Origin: Azolla caroliniana
Lineage: Eukaryota; Plantae; Polypodiophyta
DNA: 64,000 nt
Reading direction: 5' to 3'
Assembly (NCBI GenBank): GCA_043228905.1
Contig: JBHGNT010000001.1
Coordinates: 10,540,001 to 10,604,000, forward strand
Shown here: in pieces, positions 38,112 to 50,271 of the stretch
Numbering within the stretch: the first letter of the stretch is position 1
How the letters are laid out: the number at the start of each line of letters is the position of its first letter
The notes under the pieces: generated by a model
Told to the model about the DNA's origin: nothing
Seen by the model: the letters and a program-made list of their open reading frames with translations, nothing else
The model's database searches: none
Made by a program: the position numbers and the translations under genes

Positions 38112-40607
38112 GTTCATTCACATATAATTGACAACAGATAAATGTATGCGATGCAAATGCTAGATGTGAACTTTTGAAGCTCCCTCTCTGTCTCTGTCTC
38201 TGTCTCTGTCTCTCTCAATATCCCCTGTTTTGTTATGTGTTTTCATGGTGAATGAATGTGAGGAGGCCAAATATGTAATTATGAAAGACATTTCTTTCAC
38301 AAAGACTCTTCACAAAAATCAGTGTCTGTTTCTTGAACAGAATAAAGGTTCCACACAAAAAAGGTCATTCATTAATTGTGTTTGCTTTTCCTCTCACAAA
38401 GACCAATGCATGGGTCCTTTTCTCTAACAAAATGCACCGTCTCGCACCTCTCCATTACACACCATGGAAATTCCTGCCAACCCAGAAGAACCTGCGTAGT
38501 GTCCATGAGCAAAAACACTGTAAACCCCGATGCTTTATTCTTGCAAAAACATTAATGAAACATGCCGTGACTGACTCGTGAAACAATTTGCTCGATATCA
38601 TGTTGTGCAATCCATCCACCAAAGGTCGGTTGATGGACCTTTTCGGGCACATTTGTGATGGATGGCTTGCATATTCACATGGCGTGTCAATAAGAGTGAT
38701 TGGGATGTTATCTACAACATCAACTATGGTGAAGATGTCGAGGAAATCATGAGAAAAAAAGATGGACATTTTCCTTTTCTTTAATAATAGATTGTTGGCA
38801 TATGTATTTGCGAGATTGAAAAGGCATAACTATCTACTCAAAAAGTGCATATCATTCCGAAAAAGAAAAAACACATAATATTTCATTCATCCATGGTCGA
38901 AGATCTAGTTTGGTGGAGTATTTGGCCCCATGAGATGCTTCAAAAGAGGTGATATCAACAAGAATGTGCATGTATATGAGAGGATCTACACCAAGACAAC
39001 ATGTAAGTGTGGGCAAGAGGAAATATCCCCACAAAATGTGAAGCCTCTAGAACCAAAGCTTATCATGAAAGGCTCGAAGGATCTAAAGCTTTTAGAGATT
39101 GTGTATTGTTCAGATTACTGATAACAAACCATTTTGACAATAATGGTTGTATGCATCAAAGACGAGGATTGATGTACACTAGGATGGAGGAATTTGTGCA
39201 TTAAAATATCGAGAAAAAACTTTCCATACTCTTCTTTCTATTCATTGGGAAGGACTATACAAGACAAGAAAGAAACACATTACATATACAAATACCTTTA
39301 TTGTGCTTTTGCTATTAGGTGACATGTCATGACTCATGACTTGTATCCAATATTTTACATATCTATAACTCTATAAAGATGTCATATTTATGGAATGCTA
39401 AGTACCGAACAAAAGGATAGAAGAGAATAGAATTTTTATTATCCATGAGGAGGCCAATTTTGAATAGAATAGATCTTTTATCATCCATGAGAGAGAGAGA
39501 TAGAAAACTTCCTCTACTCAACTTCCTTCACCTTATCCATGCCCCCATGTCACTCTATCAAGACTAAAAACTATGGGTGTTTCTACAAAGCTCTTCATCC
39601 TCACTATCCACCACCTCTGCCTCCTCGTTAATGGATTCCCTAATTATAAGTTAATCAATATAGAACCTATACAATAATTTCTCGGGATTTTTATTTTATT
39701 TTTGATTCCTCCTTCATTTTTGATGGTTCAGTTTTCCTTGCTTATAAATTTTGGGAGCTCAAAAGTTTGGGGACATTTTAGGGTTACGGTTTTGATTATC
39801 TTTTATTTTGGGTTTAGGGTTGATGAGGGTCCTATTTGATGAGACTCAATTAGAACTTTGATCCCATCCGATTTGCTCTGCCCGTCAAATTATTTGTAAC
39901 TTGCTGATTTAATCACCACTCTTTATTACCTTTAATATAACAAATTGTTTTATCTTGATCACAAAAAATTGTGAATTTCATTTTTACCTAATATTTACCT
40001 GTGGGGTTTCCCCAATTCTTTGCAGATAAAAGCATTATCGACATATGATCGGGATACTTTAGGATCTTTTATTCGTGACATGAGAAATTGCATAAATATT
40101 TCTCAAAATCAAAAAAATAGTGCCTTCAAAATTGTACGTAAAAAGCATGATCACTTTTGGACATTCCCTCCTTAGCATTTATGATAGCTCTCAATCCATA
40201 GGAAAATCCAAACTAATAAAAAGACTTTGCAATCAAATTTCATATCAATATTTCGATCCATATAAATTGCATGCATATTGTTCTCGGTTTTTCATCAAAA
40301 TCATGTAATTGGGTCCATACTTCTATCAACAATGGGCCATTTTTGCTTTTTTGGCAACATCTCATAATAACGTATGGTTTAAATAGAAAAAGACATGATC
40401 CAAAATATCACTATTTTGCAAGGAAATCTTACTAATTGCTTCCCAAAGTTATCTGAATGGTTTATGTTGATGGAACCATTAGTCATGGACATGATCATTT
40501 ATTTGCGTACATTGAAATATTAATGGCAATATATAGTTCAATTATAATGTATATGGAATATTTGAACTCCTTGTGTTGCCTTAATTCCACTATCCCCATT
40601 CGATGAA

Positions 40608-41519
40608 TCATTTGATGGGTTTGAGAGCTAACTTTCCTCCAAAAATAGCAGGGAGTTGTGATTCATCTATTATATCCTTCAACAGGGTGGATTTTAGTTG
40701 TTATACCTTCCACAAAGACAATCTGAAACACCAAGAAAATAATAAAATGAAGAATAATGGAGTAAAATTTTCTATACATTTGGACAAATTGACAAAGTCG
40801 GCCAAGTAATTCTCCAGAGGAGTATTCTGGTGATGATTTAGAAACAACTTCGGGGTATGGTAAAAGAAAAGTTTTAGAGGTTTTTTGTCTGCATATGGTG
40901 AAATTACCTTTTCTTTTACAGTTGGGTCAATGAATGGGTATATGATCTTCCAGAACCCCCAGAACAAGTAAGGGACATGAACAAGATAAGACTTCATTAG
41001 CCGCTCCGGAAAATGCTCCTAACCATTGATGATGCATAGAGTCATCATTCAAAACAAACAAAAGAAACATGTGTATAGTAGTCTAGTAATAATATATACA
41101 CTTGAATCATTCAAGAATCGCCTTCAATTTTAGTTGAGATCCAAGGTATCGAAACCTCTCCAATTATGAAAACAATATTTTAAATCTCCACATATATGTT
41201 TGAGGTATGTATTTGTTAGCAAGCAAAAAAAAACATTTGGTAAATTTAGATTTTTTGTTTTAAAAAAAACATTCAACAGTAGGAGTTCATTAGAAAATAT
41301 AAAATGTACATTAGTAAAAACACATGTAATGATTCATTATCATGTTCCAATTATGATTCGTCATGATCATCATCACATGGCATAATATACCTGCATTATT
41401 TCAAAGACTGCAAGAGAACCTCAATGATATGTTACTGATTTGAAGGGATGGAGTTATCGGAATTTCGATCTAAAAGGTTCTCTTGCAGTCTTTGAAATAA
41501 TTCTTGCCCTTCTGGGAGG
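40608..41519 (-). pseudogene. Sec14/CRAL-TRIO pseudogene, copy B (exons 4-6 only)
   Basis: Exon 5 (41018-40908) intact. Exon 6 (40722-40608) has a +1 frameshift (115 vs 111 nt). Exon 4 is internally inverted. Exons 1-3 are missing. Introns and 3' flank closely resemble copy C. Confidence 0.88.
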
Positions 41520-41628
41520 CTGCATAATATCAAACGCACATTGAAGATTCTCTTGCAGTCGGGGGAGTCGTATAGAGGAAACTGATTGGGAGGAGGAGGA
41601 GGTCTGACATGATTGATGACAGTCGTTG

Positions 41629-41683
41629 AAGGAAAGGAAGGAAAGGAAATGAAGGAAGGAAGGAAGGAAGGAAGGAAGGAAGG
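41629..41683. repeat. (GAAG)n microsatellite followed by (AAGTC)n
   Basis: Directly visible tetranucleotide run; pentanucleotide run at about 41707-41731. Confidence 0.85.
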
Positions 41684-43349
41684 GGATCATTCATTCCTTT
41701 TGATTGAAGTCAAGTCAAGTCAAGTCAAGTCATAGATAGACTCATGGTGCCCCATGGCAGACATGGAATGGACTCTTCTACAAGAAAAGCAAAAGCAAAA
41801 TGAATTCCCATACATATATACATACATACATACATACATAAATGATTCTAGGCTCTACACTAAGTGATTGTGGAGAAGCAATACAAGTGAAGGGTTGTGT
41901 GTGAACAAAGTAGACCTTTCGAGAGTGAATAGTTTTTATTGGAAGGAATGAAGGAATGGCAATTTGTATATGTATATGTATAAAGAACCGATGGGGTCAA
42001 GTAGAACTTTGAGAGGGAGTAATAATCGTACTAATTACTAAGACGAGAGATTGAACGATTGTGTGTGTGTGTGTGTGTGTGAGTTTAGATGGGTGTGTGC
42101 GACCATTTGGAGACTTTTGAGGATACTAGCTTCACACATACATAGATGTGGCGTGTGGTCTGGGAGCAGTGATGTAGGTGTAGCAAGGACGTATGAATGC
42201 CAAATATTTCAGCCCCCACGACCTTCGTGTGATAGTCGACTATTTTATCGCCAAGGGTACACATGTTAAGAAACTAAAAAAGAGAGAAAAAAAAGGTATG
42301 AAGACCCGACTTGTTAAAGAAGCCCAACCTCAATGCATAAAAAATGCATAAATATGATGGAGATAAAAGGGTCAAGGTTCATGTCTAACTAACATCGTGC
42401 CACTTCTTTTGTTGAAACCCATATCCTTAGTTTGGCATCATGTGCACCAATACTATTATGCTAAAAAGGTGGCTTTACATAATCAATTAAACTAAGTCAA
42501 CATGATTCATAGATCATGTATTTTCAAACCTTCAAAGGTAGGCTATTGTTTTCAAAGATAAGATTGTTAAATGAGCCAAGATGTTTCGGAAAGATGAACC
42601 TATATGCATTGTTTATTTCTAAAACTACTCATTGTTTTCAGGTCATGAAAATGAAAGGGAACCTAGAATCATATCTAGGTTCTATAGTAAGTGGTTGTGG
42701 AGAACCAATACAAGTGGTGCAAAGCATCAAATATCATGGTGCTAATGTCCCATGGACAAATAGGTAGAACATAGGCCATGAGTCTAGACTTCACAGAGGT
42801 TGGACTAATCCTTATATGTTTGAGAATCAATGCAACCAAAGTGATACTCAATGATGAGAAGTATGATTGATGCTATTCGATGCTATGGTGGTCCATGAGT
42901 TGCTTTATGGAGTGACAATGTCGTCTAGTCAATGCATGGAGTGAAATAGAGTTCAAAAATTGTTCTTAAATACACATGGGAGTTAAATTCTCAACATTGG
43001 TCATGTTATGTTGTGAGAAACAAGTGTTTAGTTCATAGAGGTGCTACCTATACAAAAAGTATGTAAGTAAATTAGGAAAGCAAAGCATATACATTATCAC
43101 ATAATTGCTAAAATAAGGTTGGAAAATAAGGTGCACATAATAAAAAAAACTAATAAGAGCAAACTAGTTTAAAAAAACTAATAAGAGCAAAATGGTTTAA
43201 AAGATCTATTGAAGCTCTCATGTGATGATGTATGTGATCATTACAGATAGATTTCTTGATGCACAAAGGATGAAATGACAAGATGCTATCATGTCAAATT
43301 TGGACTACTACATTTCAAACGTTTCCAACCACATCTTTTTAACTACATG

Positions 43350-44450
43350 AGCCTTGTTATGCACATAGCATGCGTGCAGATACGTCAACAATATTTATAA
43401 AACATAAGTCAACAGTATGTTCGCTAATGTTAGAAAGCACTAGTGTGATTGGATAGAAGGAATGATATGGCCATGCTCTATCATGATCTTGACAACCAAT
43501 GAATGGAGTCTCTTTGAAAAGCACATCTATCCAAGGGGTTCATGAAGAAGTATAAATATGAGGCATAAGTACCCCCATAAAATGCATTATTTCAAAAGCC
43601 ATAAGTCTTGAGACCCCAATGTTGCTAGCTAGGCTTTCGTTGTGACAATCTTGTTACCTCTTCCAAGGTACTACTCAAACTAACATCCATCGATATGGGA
43701 CGTCGGTTGTATGTTGGCTATGCCTTGATCATAGCTCGGGGATGGTCGGGAGGATTGGATTTATTCTATCCAATTTATTCACCTTTATTTTACTTCATTT
43801 GGTCTATTGATGAATAATAGATTCTTAACAAAACTACTCACACAAGTTATGACTTCTTTCATCACCTAGGTATTAAGATATGCAAGGTAAGTAACAAAAA
43901 CCTAGTAGAGGATGAATATGACTTCTTGCACGCTCTACATATACAATAATTTTCGAGATGGATTGATGATTTAAGTTTCATACTCAAATGTCCACCAAGA
44001 TGGGTGAGCACATGTGATGGGAAATGGGGCATCAAGATTCCAATTGACAAGCACAAGCAATGAAATGAAATTGTTTTCTTTTTTCCTTAACTTCCGTTGA
44101 TTATAATATGGGGATGCAAATACAAAAACTCCCTATCACATTTAAAGCATACCAATCAGAAATTGAATGATAATGTCCATTGTCAATATCCAAAGTTTCA
44201 TCACCCTTGGAAGCAAAAACCAATCGGTATCAATGGATATCTAGAAAATGTCTCCTTGCATAGTAATCAAACCACCCTTGATATCATTGTTTGTTGTCAT
44301 ACTTCCACCCACACCTACTCTAACAGAGCACTAAGAAGAAGGTAGGAAGGTTTACCAATATACATGAGCACAACTCAAAGGAGTAAGAAAAAATACTCCC
44401 AAATGAGCTTGCCCCTTACCTTATGTTCCCCTCGACGTTTTGACCACCCT
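43350..44450 (-). mobile_element. Decayed LINE reverse-transcriptase region
   Basis: Minus-strand ...PHIYTSS/YLYFFMNPL near 43530-43575 resembles QGCPLAPYLFLFF.EP. Heavily degenerate; boundaries approximate. Confidence 0.35.
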
Positions 44451-44816
44451 GCCACCCCCAAATGCCTAATGGATACTTCTAGCCAACAATGCATTGTCAC
44501 AAGGATTCGTGAAAGATTTGTTAATTCCACAATATCCGAGGGCATCCTCATCTTCTTTTCTACTCTTACATACATCCTTGACGATAAAAAAAACATATCC
44601 AAACTACCACAGATTTTGGAAGGAAATGTCACTAATTTGTTTGCAATGTTACATAAGTGCTTACAATGCTTTATGTTGATGGAACCATTAGTCATGAGCA
44701 TACGCGTTTATATGCTTACAATCAAATATTAATGGGAATATACAATTCAATTATTGTGTATATGGAATGCTGGAACTTGTTGCATTGCCTTCATTCAACT
44801 TTCCCCATTTCATGAA

Positions 44817-47048
44817 TCACTTGATAGGTACGAGAGGTAAGTCTCCTCCAAAAATATCAGGGAGTTGTGACTCATCTATATCCTTTGACAGCTTGGATTT
44901 CAGTAGTTTATCTTCGACAAACTCAATCTGAAACACAAAGAAAATAATAAAATGAAGAAAACAAGAACCAATTCCCTACAATGTTTTGATACATTGACTA
45001 AACAACCAAGTAATTTTTGAGAGTATTCTAATAATCCTTTAAGACATCCTGGTATGCTTAAAGTATGTTTTGAAGTTTTCCATGTATATGGTGAAATTAC
45101 CTTTTGTTTTACAACTGGATCAATGAATGGGTATATCATCTTCCAGAATCCCCAAAACAAGTAAGGGACATGAACAAGATAAAACTTTGTGAGCCGCTCT
45201 GGAAAATGATTCTAATCATTGATGGTGCACAGAGTCATCATTCGAAACAAACAAAAGAACACGTGTTAGTGTGATTCACACTTATTTGAAAATCACTTTC
45301 AACTTTAGTTGAAATCCAATGCACGAAAACCTCACCAAATATGAAGCCATGTTTGAAACCTCCACATATAATGAGATATTTTGTTAACAAATTAATCATT
45401 TGGTAAAATTTTAGACCTTTCGTTAAGTGAAAGGTTTTGGTTTAAACAAAAATCAACCATGACAAAGTAGGAGGTCATTTGGAAATATAGATAATGCATC
45501 ATAAAAAAACACATGTATATGATTCAACATCACATCGAATAATATACCTGCATTATTTCGAAGACTGCAAGAGTACCTTTTATATCAATATTCCGATAAC
45601 TCCACCCATTCAAATCAACTATCATAACAAACTTTTCCTGCCCTTCTGGGAGGCTGCATAATATAAATTGCACATTGAAGATTCTAGAAAATTCTGGCAT
45701 TTTCAATAGTTTAATATCATCTGTTGAAATTAATTAGGCTAATAGTATTGCTGACATTGTTTCTAACATCTCTCCAATACAAAATAACCTCATTAAATAG
45801 AGTTTCTTAGGAATATTTAATATTTGAGCTCTACTAAAAAAATAAGATCATTCTAATTATATCCCATGTGTCATGCTTGTGAAACTCTTCCAAAATGCAT
45901 TTCAAACTTTGTTTTATTTCTCAACTGACAGCTTGGGGGGTTTTCAAATACTTGGCTTGTTCTAGAAAAAATCCCTACCCTGATAAAGCTTTCTCCATTC
46001 CATAGACAACAAACCCTAGTGAGAAAGAAAAAAAAGAATCAGATATCAACACTACTAATATATTGCATTGGATATTTGCGATGAAGAAGACTATTACTCT
46101 CTAATTCCTCTAGATCACAGTCAGAACCATAGTGCCTGTTAGCTATGATCACTCCAATAGGACAACCCCTCTTATCTACACCTTGAAGGAATATCTTCTC
46201 TTTCTTCAATTCATTGTGGACATCGGATGGACGAATAAATCCCTCGGGCATGAATTCTCTCTTCCATTTGAGATGCTGAAGTAAGAATTTGTGAGCTTTC
46301 TCCACATTTAAAGATCGTGCACGCAAGAATCGGCGTAATGTAGCATCATCGATGCCCTGAAAATTAACAAAGAGCCAAAATTTGATGGCACGTTAGATGT
46401 TTAATACCTACCACAGATACGGCCACATGCTACAGGTATAGTTGTATCATAATATGATCAGATGATAAGTTCAGAACCACATGTTAGATCTACTTTATCA
46501 TATGAACATATGTGTGTTGAAATGCCTCTTGAAACATCATGTAACGTGTGTAACATTCATACATACGTTGGTATGTATCTTATACACGAGCATCTTTAGT
46601 AAAAGTTCCAAAGTCTTCTACATCTTTGGCTTTGTACCACTAGAACTTGAAAATCCTTTTGCCACTTTCTTTTGGCAACCTGGTTCTATCCTGTGGCTCT
46701 ATGGAAAATATGGGCTATTCGTGATCGGCAGCATTTTGGGCGATCTGCTTCTGATCCGCATATCTGTTATTCAATCAGTTCTGATCACAATCCCTTTTTG
46801 ACTTTATGTTCCTTGCGGCAACAATGGCGGGCGAGCACATACATACTCTCAGATCTTTTCACCTGACAATGATGTGTGTATAGATAATGAATGCAACAAA
46901 ACAAAGAAGAAGGTGGGAATGAATCTTCTCTAATTACCTCATATTCCGATTCCGGAAGAAGACGAGATCGCAATGACAGAATGGCACGACGTTCTTCTTC
47001 TGCTTGCTCATATTCAAGAGAACTAATCCTGGTTTCCTGTTCTGCCAT
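44817..47048 (-). CDS. Sec14/CRAL-TRIO lipid-binding domain protein, copy C, 6 exons
   Basis: Exons 47048-46938, 46356-46098, 46015-45979, 45653-45548, 45211-45101, 44927-44817. Same phases as copy A, and exons 2-6 have the same lengths. Motifs DDATLRRFLRAR, QNHFPERLTK, QLPDIFGG. Confidence 0.92.
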
Positions 47049-47383
47049 CAGTGATCACAAATTGTGTTTTTTGTTTTGATCTCGAATAATGATGAATTGT
47101 GTTTTTTGTTTTGATCTCTGTTTTTTTTCCCAAAAATTGTTTTGATCTTCTTATGATGAAAATGTGGGTTTGTCCAGCCAGATCATATTATATTAAAAAC
47201 ATCGTATTATGATTAATGCAATGTGGATTTCTTATATCATATTGTGATGCATCTTGATTCTTATGTTGAAATGTGATATTGTTTAGACCATATTATGATG
47301 CAATATGGTTTTTTTGAAATAAATATTGGATCCATTGACTGACATAAGATTGGGAATAGAGATGAGATGTATGTTCAGAAATT

Positions 47384-47782
47384 CAACAATGGGCACGGTT
47401 TCGGCTCGAACCGAACCGAACCGTTAAGCCATGGCTAACGGTTTATTGGTTCAAAGATAAATAAACCATTTGGTTTGGTTTCGAATATTATGATCCGGTT
47501 TGGTTTCAGTTCGGTTCGGTTTTGAATTTCATGGTTTAGCAGTTTCGCCTTATGTCGTTTGGTTTAAAGGTTTAAAAGTTTTGAAGGTTTATAGGTTTAT
47601 CAGTTTATAGGTTTGGGTTGGTTTTGATTTATGATAAACCGATTTGGTTTGGTTCTAAATTTTTCATAAACGGTTTGGTTTAAATGGCTTCATAAATTTT
47701 AAACAATTTGGTTTGGTTTTTAATATAAATATTTGGTTTGGTTTGGTTTCAAGGCCAAGAAACCGAACCGTGCCCATTGCTA
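47384..47782. mobile_element. hAT-type MITE, copy 1
   Basis: TIRs caaCAATGGGCACGGTT ... AACCGTGCCCATTGCTA, AACCG/GGTTT subterminal repeats, imperfect TSD (GTTCAGAA.../GTTCAGAT). Confidence 0.8.
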
Positions 47783-47937
47783 GTTCAGATCATGTTATGA
47801 TGGAATGTGTGTTTTTGTTTCGATAATATATTATATTGAATCATTTTTGTGCACTTCGATATTATTATGTTGCTAGAATGTCGTATATTTCTATATAGTG
47901 AATGTGGTTTGTTTAGATAATATGTTGAATATGGTAT

Positions 47938-48434
47938 TAGCAATGGGCACGGTTCGGTTCGGTTTCAAGGCAAAGAAAACAAACCAAACCGTTTATGAAC
48001 TCTCAGTATTTAAACCAAACCATTTAAGAAAAAGTTAAAACCAAACCGTTTAGGGAAAAGTTAAAACCAAACCGAACCATTTAATAAAAAATTTTAACCC
48101 AACCACTTAAGTCAAACTAGTTAAACATCTAAAGAAACAAAAATACATTAAATTAAATCAACATTTAAGTTAAATTTATTAAATCAATTAAAAACCATTA
48201 ATTAAACCATTACATCAATAAACTATTAAGGTAAAAAAAAAGGTTAACCAAAAACCCTATAAACCTTTAAACCAAACTTGTAAACCTATAAATCAAACCA
48301 AACCAAACCAAAACCAAACCGTTTATCGAGAATCCAAACCAAACCAAACCATTAAATTTTTTTTGAACCAATAAACTGTTAAACCATGGCTTAACGGTTC
48401 GGTTCGGTTTGAGCCGAAACCGTGCCCATTGCTA
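47938..48434. mobile_element. hAT-type MITE, copy 2 (opposite orientation to copy 1)
   Basis: Perfect TIR TAGCAATGGGCACGGTT ... AACCGTGCCCATTGCTA and perfect 8-bp TSD TATGGTAT (47930-47937 and 48435-48442). An 8-bp TSD with TAG terminus is typical of hAT. Confidence 0.92.
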
Positions 48435-48609
48435 TATGGTATGTCAGAGATAGGGATAAAGTCATACTATGTATGGCCAAGTTAAATATGCTAAATGTTG
48501 TAATTTCTTGTGCTTATGATGATGCCCTTAAGAGTATAGGGCAATTGTATCACCATTGCATAAGCATGTTAGATGCCAATTGAATATAGATAGCGTTTTA
48601 TCAAATTAC

Positions 48610-48700
48610 TCCCCAAGGAACATTGGGAGTCGAGCAAGAATATCCACTCTCTCCCACACTCTTTAGTCTATGCATCAATTAACTAAAAGAAATAGTAAGA
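48610..48700 (+). mobile_element. LINE reverse-transcriptase motif relic
   Basis: TLGVEQEYPLSPTLFSLCIN resembles GVKQGCPLSPTLFGLCI. Confidence 0.55.
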
Positions 48701-48758
48701 AAACCTACTAAAGAAGAAAGAATTTGCATGTGAATCAACCCTTCTTTTGTTGTTTGGG

Positions 48759-48862
48759 ATTGTCTTTATTGAAGATAAAACTTCTCAAATCCACCCTATT
48801 GAAGAACAAATGAAATACAACTCCATAATATTTTGGAGGGGAGCTACTCTCAAACCTTCTTA
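48759..48862 (+). pseudogene. Inverted relic of CRAL-TRIO exon 6 (copy D)
   Basis: attgtctttattgaagataaaacttctcaaatccaccctattgaag...caactccataatattttggaggggagctactctcaaacc aligns to exon 6 of copies A-C. Acceptor mutated (GG) and frameshifted. Confidence 0.75.
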
Positions 48863-50271
48863 CATCAAACAATATTTGTAGTATTTAAATGTAAGAATCT
48901 AAAAAATAAGTTCAAGGACTCTCATCAATTTCGAGCTTACACTTGTAAATAACAATTGTCTATCACATTGATCATTCCTAAATTCCATAAACCTTGAGCA
49001 ATGTCCATCTTGTTCGGATGCATAAGAAAGGATCTAGTTTAAGAACAAATGCTAATTTTAGAATTTTCCTACGCATTGCTAATAGGTCCATCAACATAAA
49101 TGTTTGTGAGCACTCAAGTAACATGCTACAATCCTAGATTGCAATCTTTCCAATCAGTAAGCACATGTTTAATGTTTTCACCTTTTATAGAATATTATAA
49201 AAGTTTCTTCTTAGAGTAATGAATTATAGATAATAGTTGGCATACATGATCTTACATTGAGGCACAAAGAGTGGTTTATATTGGTTGGTTACACATGGAT
49301 TTCAAAATATGATACATGAAACTCATCTAGATACTAAATAATGTGCACAAACACAACTTGCAATGTCATACGGATCAATGAATCTTTAGTTAGTTCTCAC
49401 TAAAATTGAGCCCTCTGGGATCAAGCAATTTTATAAGGAGCAACTCCTAGCAACATCTTGTGACATTCAGCGATTTTCTAGTGCGCTTTTTTAAATTGAA
49501 CAATAAAAAATTCAAAACTACCATAATGCTTTATTAAATCTGCTGTGGTCCAAACACAATTTCCCTGCTATGGTTCAAGTAAGTTCCAAAAAAAGCAATG
49601 TATTGGTTTTTTTGGCACTTTTGGATGGATTCTTTTTCTTTATCGCACTTTTGGATTGCTTTTTTCTTTTTTCAATGTATGACTTTTCCTGATTTGCCTC
49701 TCTTCAATGGTAGCTTAATTTCTAATTGCTTTCTAGTAGTTTAACTACATCAGAAGATACTTCCAGCAAACAAAAGAAAATTATAAGAGACAGTGAGTTA
49801 TCACAATGTGGGAATCAAAAATACTATGCGCATGCCTTCCGGCCGGTGGGAATATTCTGAAAACGACAGGTGTTTCCATTCAGTAAATAACATGTTTACA
49901 CAACCTCATTTGTAACGCCCAATCTAGACAAGTTCTGTGCCCTTCCATTTTGTCAATTGCTTAGCATAATTTGCAATCATAATTCTCAAGTACGTTCACC
50001 TACAATTGCTTGTGTTTATGGATATTTAAAGAATGTTATACATTTGAATGCAATGTCTGCAACATGGACATCATGTATATATATACATTCCACTAATCTT
50101 CTTTAGTATGCATCAACCAGCTCCATGTTAAGCCGGATAGCAAAATTCTCAAAAACAATTTGGTTCTTTCATTGGTGGATTCTCTAATTACAAGGGGCTG
50201 TATTCATAAGAAACTTGATCCAGCTCAAATTTGTTGGGGTATTGTACCAATCCAACCAGAGAATCTCATGT

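Noticed and set aside
47400-48420. Regular AACCG/AAACC repeats resembling a CRISPR or telomeric array
   Set aside because: Eukaryotic context with no constant repeat-spacer period; these are MITE subterminal repeats bounded by TIRs and a TSD.
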